From the IMG/VR virus record IMGVR_UViG_3300032331_003094, positions 1 through 64,000 of that record: 64,000 nucleotides of DNA, one strand, 5' to 3'. The position numbers and the translations under genes are program-made. The notes under the pieces were generated by a model. That model saw nothing but the letters and a program-made list of their open reading frames with translations. It was not told where the DNA came from and made no database searches. Shown in pieces: positions 56,221 to 64,000 of the stretch. Source of the stretch: a virus. Numbering within the stretch: the first letter of the stretch is position 1; each line of letters begins with the position of its first letter.

Positions 56221-57027
56221 ATGAACTTTGTGACGGTGTGTGCCCAGGCGACTGAGGTACCACGTGAGGTTTATACCTCAGCTACTTCCACGGCATTACG
56301 CTGTAATCTTTTGTTACCTCCTGTAGGTAATAAAGCACCAACCCCAATTGAAATCAATGTGTATGGCAAAAGTACAGAACGTTTTCAACGCACCACTAAA
56401 GGAGAACTTCTGTACATTCACGGCGCCAAGCTACGTTACGACCTGGAATCCAGGACGCATTCGTTACATGGAGGAATTATTACTCCGGTTACGGAAGCAT
56501 TCCCAATCTTTAATACAGTCATCCTTGCAGGACGTTGCGTTAAAGACATCGACAAAGATGATGCTCGCGCCTTTAAAACCATGGCGAATGGGTTGATGAG
56601 TTGCAGCCAAACACTCTCAGTTAATACTGGGCGTAATCAAGCTGACTTGTTTAACTTCTACGCACTTAATTCCGTAGAAGATAAATTAAATAATGCCGAA
56701 CTTTTGGTTAACTTTACCAGGAAGGGTACTGGCCTTACCTTGCAAGGTCGGTTAATTACTGATGCCTGGGTTGATAAGGAGACCAAGGAAAAACGGACAT
56801 CAACCAAGATTCAGTTGACATCTATGACCTTGGCACCCAAGGCATCAACCCCTGCAGCACCAGAGATCAAGCCACACACAACTGTTGCAAATCATGAAGT
56901 TGCTGGGTTGTGGGGCGGTAAGACCGCCGATGATGTAGCAGAACCCTGGGGGTTAAACGTAGGTAGCAACCTGCCTGAACTCCCAGGTCAATTTGATCAC
57001 AACGATTTAACCAACGCACCTTTTTAA
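56221..57027 (+). CDS. ssb: Single-stranded DNA-binding protein with tandem OB folds
   Basis: NTVILAGR...RKGTGLTLQGRLITDAWVDKET; C-terminal PF. Confidence 0.8.
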   Translation: MNFVTVCAQATEVPREVYTSATSTALRCNLLLPPVGNKAPTPIEINVYGKSTERFQRTTKGELLYIHGAKLRYDLESRTHSLHGGIITPVTEAFPIFNTVILAGRCVKDIDKDDARAFKTMANGLMSCSQTLSVNTGRNQADLFNFYALNSVEDKLNNAELLVNFTRKGTGLTLQGRLITDAWVDKETKEKRTSTKIQLTSMTLAPKASTPAAPEIKPHTTVANHEVAGLWGGKTADDVAEPWGLNVGSNLPELPGQFDHNDLTNAPF

Positions 57028-57031
57028 AATC

Positions 57032-57274
57032 ATGACACTCACAACAAAAATTATTGATCCAACGCTTACGTTGGAGGATGCAATTGCCTATGAGTTTTTC
57101 ATGGACAATTTGCCAAACATAATAGGTGATTCACTGGGGAATCTTGAAGCTACGGAGGAAGAAATTGATCAAATAGTTGATGGCATTAGTTTGTTGGCTT
57201 TAATGTCTTACAGGATTGCACAACGTTTTGAATGTGCACGCGAAGCAATGAAAATAGTTAATGAAAAAAATTAA
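57032..57274 (+). CDS. Hypothetical protein
   Basis: 80-aa ORF. Confidence 0.5.
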   Translation: MTLTTKIIDPTLTLEDAIAYEFFMDNLPNIIGDSLGNLEATEEEIDQIVDGISLLALMSYRIAQRFECAREAMKIVNEKN

Positions 57275-57280
57275 TTAGTA

Positions 57281-57306
57281 ATGGACCTGGGATGTCCATA
57301 AACTCA
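57281..57306 (+). ncRNA. Pseudoknot motif A, copy 5
   Basis: ATGGAC-CTGGGAT-GTCCAT-AAA-CTCA. Confidence 0.6.
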
Positions 57307-57322
57307 TCCGTACTTAACCTAA

Positions 57323-58396
57323 ATGATCATGAGCGACACACTCATCGACTCTGTTACTGACACCCCACCTTCTCTGAGCACCCTTAAGAAAATGACCGTT
57401 AAGAAAACCTCCGCACTTGCAACACGTGGACTTGATTCATTCCGGATGTTTCAATCCAAAGAATTCGTCTCTGGATACCAAAACCTTGTCACAATCCAAC
57501 CACTCAACAAATCAAAAACACGAGGTTGGTTCGTACGGAAGTCAGACCTGGATACTTGCGGATGGAGCGCAAGTGAAGATCAGTTTGCTAAAGGTTCAGT
57601 TATCTGGAACTACAAGCAGACTTTTGGTATGGCTCCCAACACTTCAATTGAAGAGGGGCTTAATTTCACTGAGCCTCGTTTGCAAATCCTTTTACGTTCT
57701 CCCCTCATGGTTGAGGAAACCACAGGGATGAGGCAGACGATTGGCACCTTTGAAAATCCCGATGTCAAAGAACTTTGGGAAGCTGACAAGATTGCATCTG
57801 ATCTTGCCAACAGCAAAGGTGAAATGTACAAACGCAAGTACAGCGTGCGTACCAAGTACCTGGTCTACATTTTGACCCAGGACAACAAACGTGCCCACAA
57901 GATCCCCATGGTTCTAACTTTGAAAGGATTGAACGGTACGGATGTTTCCGAAAAGGTTAAGATGTATGAAAAGGAAATGTCCAAGTGCTTGAGCAAAGCA
58001 CTGGATGCTGAAGTTCCTTTGTCCTTTAATGAAAAGTTCTACGCCACTACCGTTTTTGCTCCGATACTTGCCAATGAAATGCGCGGCGCCAACAACGTTG
58101 AGATCTGCGCAATTGAATCTTTTGACATCCCTGATTACAACGACCAAGAATCTGCGATTGAATCCCTGAGTCGCTTGTCGATTCCTGATGAAGATCGTGA
58201 ATCAACTTGGAAGTTCCAGGACTTGTTTGGAGATTACATCAACCAGCATGCTCGGCAAGATGCTGAGAAGCTTGGTGGTGCATACGGTATCAAGTCCGGT
58301 GTAGAAATTCTTCCTGCATCCAGGGGAGTTTCGGAACTTGAAGTGAAGGCATTGCCTGCACGCGATGAACTGACCGGAGAGGACACTTCGTTCTGA
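57323..58396 (+). CDS. DUF5895-like protein (possible ssDNA-binding or recombination factor)
   Basis: PRLQILLRSPL...KYLVYILTQDNKRAHKIPMVLTLKG; replication cluster. Confidence 0.55.
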   Translation: MIMSDTLIDSVTDTPPSLSTLKKMTVKKTSALATRGLDSFRMFQSKEFVSGYQNLVTIQPLNKSKTRGWFVRKSDLDTCGWSASEDQFAKGSVIWNYKQTFGMAPNTSIEEGLNFTEPRLQILLRSPLMVEETTGMRQTIGTFENPDVKELWEADKIASDLANSKGEMYKRKYSVRTKYLVYILTQDNKRAHKIPMVLTLKGLNGTDVSEKVKMYEKEMSKCLSKALDAEVPLSFNEKFYATTVFAPILANEMRGANNVEICAIESFDIPDYNDQESAIESLSRLSIPDEDRESTWKFQDLFGDYINQHARQDAEKLGGAYGIKSGVEILPASRGVSELEVKALPARDELTGEDTSF

Positions 58397-58417
58397 TCCG
58401 TTTAGTACGTTAAGATT

Positions 58418-58442
58418 AGGCCCTGCATCAGCGGGGCCTTTT
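58418..58442 (+). terminator. Intrinsic terminator
   Basis: AGGCCCTGC-ATCA-GCGGGGCCT-TTT. Confidence 0.75.
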
Positions 58443-58492
58443 GTTTGGCATCATCGTGTTTTATTGGATTGTCTTTATTCTCCAGGGTTTGC

Positions 58493-58753
58493 CTATTCTT
58501 TTTTTGGTAACTCTGGGTTTCCTAATTGCTCGCCTTCTACTACCACATTGTTAAAACAAAACATGTCTTGAACTAAACCACGAATGATTCCCTGACGTTG
58601 TGTTGCAATGGTCGCCAACAAAGTTGCCATCTCTTGCAACTGACTAACTGAATTACATTCTTTAATGGATCGATTTATTTTCTCTTGCCAAAACTTATCA
58701 TCGAGCGTTGGTTCGATTTGAAACTTGGTAAGTGGAACGTATTTGATTTCCAT
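58493..58753 (-). CDS. Possible second, divergent NblA-like protein
   Basis: PTLDDKFWQEKINRSIKECNSVSQLQEMATLL two-helix pattern; own TAAAAT. Confidence 0.4.
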   Translation of the reverse strand: MEIKYVPLTKFQIEPTLDDKFWQEKINRSIKECNSVSQLQEMATLLATIATQRQGIIRGLVQDMFCFNNVVVEGEQLGNPELPKKE

Positions 58754-58831
58754 TTGTTTAAAACCGTTAACTTATTTTACTGTTACAGTCAAATCTTAAC
58801 TTGAATTTCACATTGTATTCACAAACACACT

Positions 58832-59032
58832 ATGGACAATGCTGAGAAGTCTGCGCTAAAAACAGGTGGCATCTTTGGTGCCATCACCGCCCTTGCAGTT
58901 GCTCCCTTTGCTACGCCTGTCATTTGGGCAGCTGTGGCATATGGAACCTACAGGGTTGCACGCAACGCCTATCGCAATGCTAAACTCGATGAGGCCCCCA
59001 GGGGCAAGCCGGATGACAACCTCTTTATCTGA
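58832..59032 (+). CDS. Small membrane protein
   Basis: Hydrophobic hairpin. Confidence 0.55.
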   Translation: MDNAEKSALKTGGIFGAITALAVAPFATPVIWAAVAYGTYRVARNAYRNAKLDEAPRGKPDDNLFI

Positions 59033-59068
59033 GGTTAAACTTCCTCAACTCAACTTAAAACAAAATCA

Positions 59069-60016
59069 ATGTCGAACCAAACGCAAACCAGTCTCACTAC
59101 AACGCAAGCTTCTATTTATTCTCGGACTAACATCCGCCGCGCCTTCTCGGACTTTGACGACACTGATGTCGCCGGTATTTATCTCCGAGATGATTCTTGC
59201 GTCGTGGCTTACCATCATGGTGGTGAACTTAGTTACCCACGGGAAGTAATCAAGACTGCTTTCCAGAACTATACTTATCGTCTCAAAGATTTCTTTTCGT
59301 ATCTTGGTCCCAATTATCGTGGCCCTAGTGTATGGCATAACAATGCTTACATTATGTTTAAGGGCTGGCACTACAACCACCAACTCGGACACCTGACTTC
59401 CAATGCCGTACTCCAAAAAGAATGGGCAGACAAGTTTATCCACCTCACAGACGCCAACAAACTCACAGCTTTACTGCAATCGGATCAAACCGATATTGGG
59501 CATCTGGTGGCGCCGGACGGGATTCGGATTCCGAACGGGCCCGTTGACTTGGAGTCTGACTTGGGGGATGAGACCACAAGCGTATCGCCCGTCAATACTG
59601 AACCTTATTGCTCATGTGGGTCCTTTCAGCGTCAGCTTCTTAATGTTTCAAGTTTTCAGGAGGAGATCCAAGGATTCAAACCCTGGTGCATCCACCTGAC
59701 TTGGTTTCATAAGTATCGGGAACTACTGGTTAAACGCGCCCAGGTGCGTAATGAAGCGCGGGGTGGTGCACCTATGAACTGTGTGGCATGGTGGTATGCA
59801 CCGCCATCTGATCACAGCAGTGACGGACGGTTTGTTTTGTTGTATACCAAGTATGGATCCATGGCTCCTCTTAGCCATTGGCGTACGTACAAACCTCAAG
59901 AAACCTTTACCCAACACAATGCATGGGATTTGTTTTTCAATATGATGGAAGCTGGTTACGTTCCGTTTCCTGGTAGTTCACTTCCACAACTTGCTAATGC
60001 AACCAAAAAGAAATGA
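59069..60016 (+). CDS. SWIM zinc-finger protein
   Basis: CSCGSF...WCIH. Confidence 0.65.
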   Translation: MSNQTQTSLTTTQASIYSRTNIRRAFSDFDDTDVAGIYLRDDSCVVAYHHGGELSYPREVIKTAFQNYTYRLKDFFSYLGPNYRGPSVWHNNAYIMFKGWHYNHQLGHLTSNAVLQKEWADKFIHLTDANKLTALLQSDQTDIGHLVAPDGIRIPNGPVDLESDLGDETTSVSPVNTEPYCSCGSFQRQLLNVSSFQEEIQGFKPWCIHLTWFHKYRELLVKRAQVRNEARGGAPMNCVAWWYAPPSDHSSDGRFVLLYTKYGSMAPLSHWRTYKPQETFTQHNAWDLFFNMMEAGYVPFPGSSLPQLANATKKK

Positions 60017-60384
60017 CTAAGACACAACTATTTGTTATCGATCCTCACCCTGCCATTCCACCTTCTGATCAACTAAAAGAATGGGAAGACAAATGGTTTG
60101 ATGAGGCAGAACATCCTGATGTCCTGTTGATCCAAGCATTTCAAGCAGGCGCCGACCAGGAGCTGGAGGCGTGTTGTGAGTGGCTGGTTAGCGAAGGATG
60201 GTTCAAATACGAACACAAGGTTGTGGAAGATCTCCGCGCTGCCCGCCGCCCCACGCCGCCAAGTTTGAAGGAGCAGGCGCTGACTGCGCTTTACGCTATT
60301 GCAACAGGTGCTAATGACACTCGTGAGCAACACCAAGACTTCGACACCATCCGCCGCGCACTGGAGGCATTGCCCAATGACTGA
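60013..60384 (+). CDS. Hypothetical cyanophage protein
   Basis: GADQELEACCEWL...LRAARRP..PSLKEQAL...IRRALEALP. Confidence 0.7.
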   Translation: MTKTQLFVIDPHPAIPPSDQLKEWEDKWFDEAEHPDVLLIQAFQAGADQELEACCEWLVSEGWFKYEHKVVEDLRAARRPTPPSLKEQALTALYAIATGANDTREQHQDFDTIRRALEALPND

Positions 60385-60631
60385 CTTCCGCGCCCTGTGC
60401 GAAGAGCTTAACGGGCTACTGGAATACATTTCTGATATAAGTCCCCATCTTTGTGAAGACGAAATTAACAACCTGACAAACAGCGCACGCGCCGCCCTGG
60501 CTGAGCAGCCGGTAGGGCCCACGGATGAAGAGCTGTGGGAGGCATGGGGGTGTTTCGAGCACGAGCCTTTCAGCAAGGGGGACACCATTATGCAGTTGCG
60601 TGAGTTCCTTGCCCGCTGGGGGCAGTCATGA
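60377..60631 (+). CDS. Hypothetical cyanophage protein
   Basis: MTDFRALCEEL...ARAALAEQPVGPTDEEL...LARWG. Confidence 0.65.
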   Translation: MTDFRALCEELNGLLEYISDISPHLCEDEINNLTNSARAALAEQPVGPTDEELWEAWGCFEHEPFSKGDTIMQLREFLARWGQS

Positions 60632-60822
60632 CTGATCTCTCCCCCGCCGCGCAGGCAGTGTTGGATGCTGCTGCTGACGTTTATTGGGACTGGTCCGACA
60701 TGTCGCCTGCGTCTTCCTCGACAATTGCCGCCGCTGTTCTGCGAGCTGTTGTACACGGTGATTACATTACCTCCGAGGCAATCCTCGCCATCGCCGCCGA
60801 GCTGGAGGAACTCGATGACTGA
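60628..60822 (+). CDS. LSPAAQAV-family small protein, copy 1
   Basis: MTDLSPAAQAVLDA...LAIAAELE. Confidence 0.65.
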   Translation: MTDLSPAAQAVLDAAADVYWDWSDMSPASSSTIAAAVLRAVVHGDYITSEAILAIAAELEELDD

Positions 60823-60976
60823 CTCCCCCGCTTATGTAAATATACTTGTGCCTCCTGCCTACGCGGGGTGTTGGCAACTCACTGATACCTACCGCATTTC
60901 AGTAACTAAAAAACCCAACGCCTTTCACCGTTTTATGACAACTTTGTTACTTGGCTGGGAGTGGGTTGATGGCTGA
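60815..60976 (+). CDS. Small hypothetical protein
   Basis: MTDSPAY...KKPNAFHRFMTTLLLGWEW. Confidence 0.55.
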   Translation: MTDSPAYVNILVPPAYAGCWQLTDTYRISVTKKPNAFHRFMTTLLLGWEWVDG

Positions 60977-61169
60977 CCTAACTCCACGCCAGCAACTAAT
61001 TGAAGAACTCAACGAAAAACTTAGTGACGCTTTTCAGAGTGACTTTGAGCACGGTGTCAAAGCTCTTAACATTGCTGCTGCTGAAGAATTCCATCAAAAG
61101 TATCCAGCTTTAGTTGAAGTACTTGAGTGGATTGCATTTCTTTTTTACGAGGAACTTCCAATTGACTAA
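60969..61169 (+). CDS. Small hypothetical protein
   Basis: Probable start MADLTPRQ. Confidence 0.55.
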   Translation: MADLTPRQQLIEELNEKLSDAFQSDFEHGVKALNIAAAEEFHQKYPALVEVLEWIAFLFYEELPID

Positions 61170-61380
61170 CCTCTCCCCCGCCGCGCAGGCGGTGCGTGAC
61201 GCATTTGACATTGCCAGTATTGATACTGCGATCTTTGGTGACCCAGACCGGCGCCTTGCTGCCGCTCTGCGAGCTGCTGCGGATCAACTTAGTTTTCAAC
61301 TTCCATTTGAAGATTCACGCTGTGTAGCAGTTCTTGATCTTCTCGCCATCGCCGCTGAGCTAGAGGGTGCTAATGACTAA
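61162..61380 (+). CDS. LSPAAQAV-family small protein, copy 2
   Basis: TTG start, TNLSPAAQAVRDA...LAIAAELE. Confidence 0.6.
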   Translation: MTNLSPAAQAVRDAFDIASIDTAIFGDPDRRLAAALRAAADQLSFQLPFEDSRCVAVLDLLAIAAELEGAND

Positions 61381-61576
61381 AGTACTAATTCCATTTGACA
61401 AAATGACTATTACTTACACAGAAGAACAAGACGATGGTGCATGCATCACATTTAATTGGGATGAGACAGACCCTGATCTTGCTTATTGGACATCCATGTC
61501 AGAAGATGAACAGCGTAGTTTTGTGTTGACTTCTTTACGAGATAGTCTTAAAGAACAACTTGATGAAGCGTCCTAG
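61373..61576 (+). CDS. Hypothetical protein
   Basis: Probable start MTKVLIP. Confidence 0.55.
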   Translation: MTKVLIPFDKMTITYTEEQDDGACITFNWDETDPDLAYWTSMSEDEQRSFVLTSLRDSLKEQLDEAS

Positions 61577-61594
61577 GAACGACGTTAAACTTCC
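61569..61594 (+). ncRNA. Pseudoknot motif A, copy 6
   Basis: CGTC-CTAGGAAC-GACG-TTAAAC-TTCC. Confidence 0.65.
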
Positions 61595-61747
61595 CATCCA
61601 ACACAAAACAAACTCATGTTTCATTTCATTGCATCTGTCGTTGTTCCTCAACTTACCAACACATTAAGGGACCTTGCCCTGGCAGCATGCGCAGCATTGC
61701 TGACATGGGCTATCAACAAAGTTCAATCCCAATTCATCTGAACGCAA

Positions 61748-62460
61748 TGACTCAAATCACTCACGTCAAACTTCAAGACCTAAACGTCTTAAAGCTTTAC
61801 GAACACTATGGTGCCCTGGAACGCAGTCTTCCTCTTCTTACTCCTGAATCTCAAGAGCTGGCCAAAGCAGAACTTGAAACTTGCGCCAACATACGGTCTG
61901 AAAAAATTGATCGTATTTATTACGCCATGGCGTCACATGAAGATGCGTTGGCACGCATCAAACAAGAAGGGGAGCTGATCACCCAGGCTAAGCGGCACCA
62001 CGAATCTCAACTCAAGCAACTCAAAGGGTTGTTGAATTGGTTGCGGCGGTCTGCTCCGCTGCAAACCAACAAGATTACTGGCCGTAACTACGAGTTTGTT
62101 CTGGTCAAGAAGAAAGATCTTACTGTTGAGATCAGTTCCAATCTAGAAGATTGGGACGAGGGGGAACAAAACCAATTCTGCATCCAGCAGGAAACCACCA
62201 CCACAAAACAAACTGTGGTACGTTCTATGGATGGTACGGTTCTTGAAGAAAGGACTGAACCCAAAATTACAACCGAAACTCTTCCCTCTCTAAATGCCCT
62301 CCGCAATGCGTATCAAGCCGGTCAGCACCTCCCCAGCGGAGTCAAAATCTTCCAAGAGTACAGCATCCGTAGTAAACGTATCTACACCGACAAGCCATTG
62401 GATCTGGAAGCATCCGAATATTTCGGAAACGTTTTACCAGAAGTTGGAACCCCCGACTGA
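61748..62460 (+). CDS. Siphovirus Gp157-like protein
   Basis: EKIDRIYY...IKQEGELITQAKRHHESQLKQLKGLL; probable start MTQITH, coordinate approximate. Confidence 0.65.
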
Positions 62461-62701
62461 CCTGGAAGATGCACACATCCGCATGAGTTGTCATCAACAT
62501 TCAATTGATGACTTCCAGCTGCAAATTGAGATGTGTGAAATTGAAATGTCCATGCTGTGCGATGGGGAGGCAGTGCTTCCCTATCAATCAGAAAAGATGG
62601 ATGAGCTGGAGCAAAAGAAACTAAAGCTTTTTGCTGGCAAACGGTTCCATCAGAATGCACGTCATGCGTACTGGTATTACACCGTTAAAGCGGAAAAATA
62701 A
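62378..62701 (+). CDS. Hypothetical protein
   Basis: Coding-like C-terminal part of ORF 62294-62701; start uncertain. Confidence 0.4.
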   Translation, partial: VSTPTSHWIWKHPNISETFYQKLEPPTDLEDAHIRMSCHQHSIDDFQLQIEMCEIEMSMLCDGEAVLPYQSEKMDELEQKKLKLFAGKRFHQNARHAYWYYTVKAEK

Positions 62702-62739
62702 TTAACGTACAATAAAGAATAAGTACGTTAACGGGTGTC

Positions 62740-63009
62740 ATGTCTGCTAAAGAAGATAAGCTGGTTGAAATACTGGCTGGCTTCACAGCAGATGGGACAC
62801 CCCTTTCTGCTATTACCGGTAGTAAAAAAGAATGGCAGGTGACCATCCTTACGGCTGCCATGCTTGCTAATGAGAACTTGGCATCAAGCATGCATGCGGA
62901 AGAAATGGTAGACGCTGCAATCAACTACAGCAACATCATCGAAGAACGGCTTGGTTATTACCAGCAGAATCAAGTTCATAACCTGGAGAGGTTAATGAAC
63001 AATGGATGA
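62740..63009 (+). CDS. Hypothetical protein
   Basis: 89 aa; TACAAT upstream. Confidence 0.55.
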   Translation: MSAKEDKLVEILAGFTADGTPLSAITGSKKEWQVTILTAAMLANENLASSMHAEEMVDAAINYSNIIEERLGYYQQNQVHNLERLMNNG

Positions 63010-63391
63010 CATGAGCTTTGGGCAGCGCGTTGCGGATCGCGTTGCTAGTACCGTTGGCTCTTGGCCTTTTATTATTGGTCAGTCATTGCTTCTTTGCTTT
63101 TGGATTACATGGAATACCCATGCACCAAAGCGATATAAATTTGATCCGGCACCATTTATCCTAATGAATTTGGTGTTGTCGACCCAGGCTGCATTTGCAA
63201 CTCCGTTGATTCTGATGTCGCAAAAACGACAATCAGAAATTGATCGGCAACGTGATATTGAAACGCATGCTCACGCCAGAAATACACTGGTTGGTACTGT
63301 GCAAATCATTGAAGAGTTGGAAGCATTAGAAGAAAAACTTCACATGATGGAATCTGAAATCAATATGGTTGAAGAGTTGAGGGACAATTAA
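63002..63391 (+). CDS. DUF1003 membrane protein
   Basis: SFGQRVADRVASTVGSWPFI...FDPAPFILMNLVLSTQAAFATPLILMSQKRQ. Confidence 0.85.
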   Translation: MDDMSFGQRVADRVASTVGSWPFIIGQSLLLCFWITWNTHAPKRYKFDPAPFILMNLVLSTQAAFATPLILMSQKRQSEIDRQRDIETHAHARNTLVGTVQIIEELEALEEKLHMMESEINMVEELRDN

Positions 63392-63426
63392 AACCTGCTA
63401 AGGTACTGAGGTCCTTCTGTATAAAA

Positions 63427-63624
63427 ATGGATCCAGTCATTGTGCCTAAGTTGACCGTATCATTTGCAGTAGACCTTGATCTTGAATACGATTCATACCA
63501 AGGTCGCACACCTAGTGATGTTGCCCTTGCCTTGCAAGACACGTTGGATGATTTGTTGTTTGAGGCAAGTCCTAACGTAGTTGGCGTCTACACCAGCATT
63601 ACTGCAATCAATAACAATGACTGA
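63427..63624 (+). CDS. Hypothetical protein
   Basis: 65 aa. Confidence 0.5.
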   Translation: MDPVIVPKLTVSFAVDLDLEYDSYQGRTPSDVALALQDTLDDLLFEASPNVVGVYTSITAINNND

Positions 63625-63913
63625 TCTATCTACGGAAGAACTGATTAAAAAACTTAATACAACCGGAGCTTTTGATACCGATTGGCTCAAGGATCAGCTT
63701 CAGAATTGGGATGTTGTTGAGCAACAAAAACGTGCTGATTTTATGGAGCACATCTACCAGTGCTATCAACCTGGTAACAGTTGCTATACCGGGTTATGGG
63801 AGCGGTTCTGCTTGACGGAAGCGGGTCCTTACTGCAGAGAAAAATATTTTGATATGCAGAAAGCCGTTCGTATGTTTGAAGAAGGAAAACTTCAGGCTGA
63901 ACCAATGGTTTGA
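63617..63913 (+). CDS. Hypothetical protein
   Basis: Probable start MTDLSTEE. Confidence 0.55.
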   Translation: MTDLSTEELIKKLNTTGAFDTDWLKDQLQNWDVVEQQKRADFMEHIYQCYQPGNSCYTGLWERFCLTEAGPYCREKYFDMQKAVRMFEEGKLQAEPMV

Positions 63914-64000
63914 TTTTGACCTATACTTGGGGGCACACCACGCAAGTGGGGTCGCCCCTTTTTTAATGACTACTCAATTCCCAGAGGATCCCTTGACTCA

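Overview
This window is a ~64 kb segment of a cyanophage genome, probably lytic and infecting a freshwater picocyanobacterium. No host genes, integrase, CRISPR array or reverse transcriptase were seen. The left ~43 kb is mostly a minus-strand morphogenesis module. It encodes tail fibres (one collagen-like), a glycosyltransferase-methyltransferase, lysozyme, nblA, large virion proteins, a circularly permuted M23 peptidase, major capsid, scaffold, portal and terminase. The capsid gene is split by two group I introns whose splice sites can be mapped exactly; one holds a LAGLIDADG gene and the other an antisense HNH gene. The right ~21 kb is a plus-strand early/replication module of many small ORFs, PcfJ-like, tRNA-Leu(UAA), gp88-like, T7-type DNA polymerase, HNH-AP2, SSB and Gp157 genes. 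The most striking unexplained signal is the set of covarying structured RNA elements in the early-region spacers: six copies of one H-type pseudoknot, two anticodon-less tRNA mimics, a 49-bp double-hairpin repeat and two further pseudoknot types. A separate candidate is a 38-aa signal-peptide-like ORF ending in SNWVGA behind a three-way-junction leader. Family names come from motif recognition, not from database searches.
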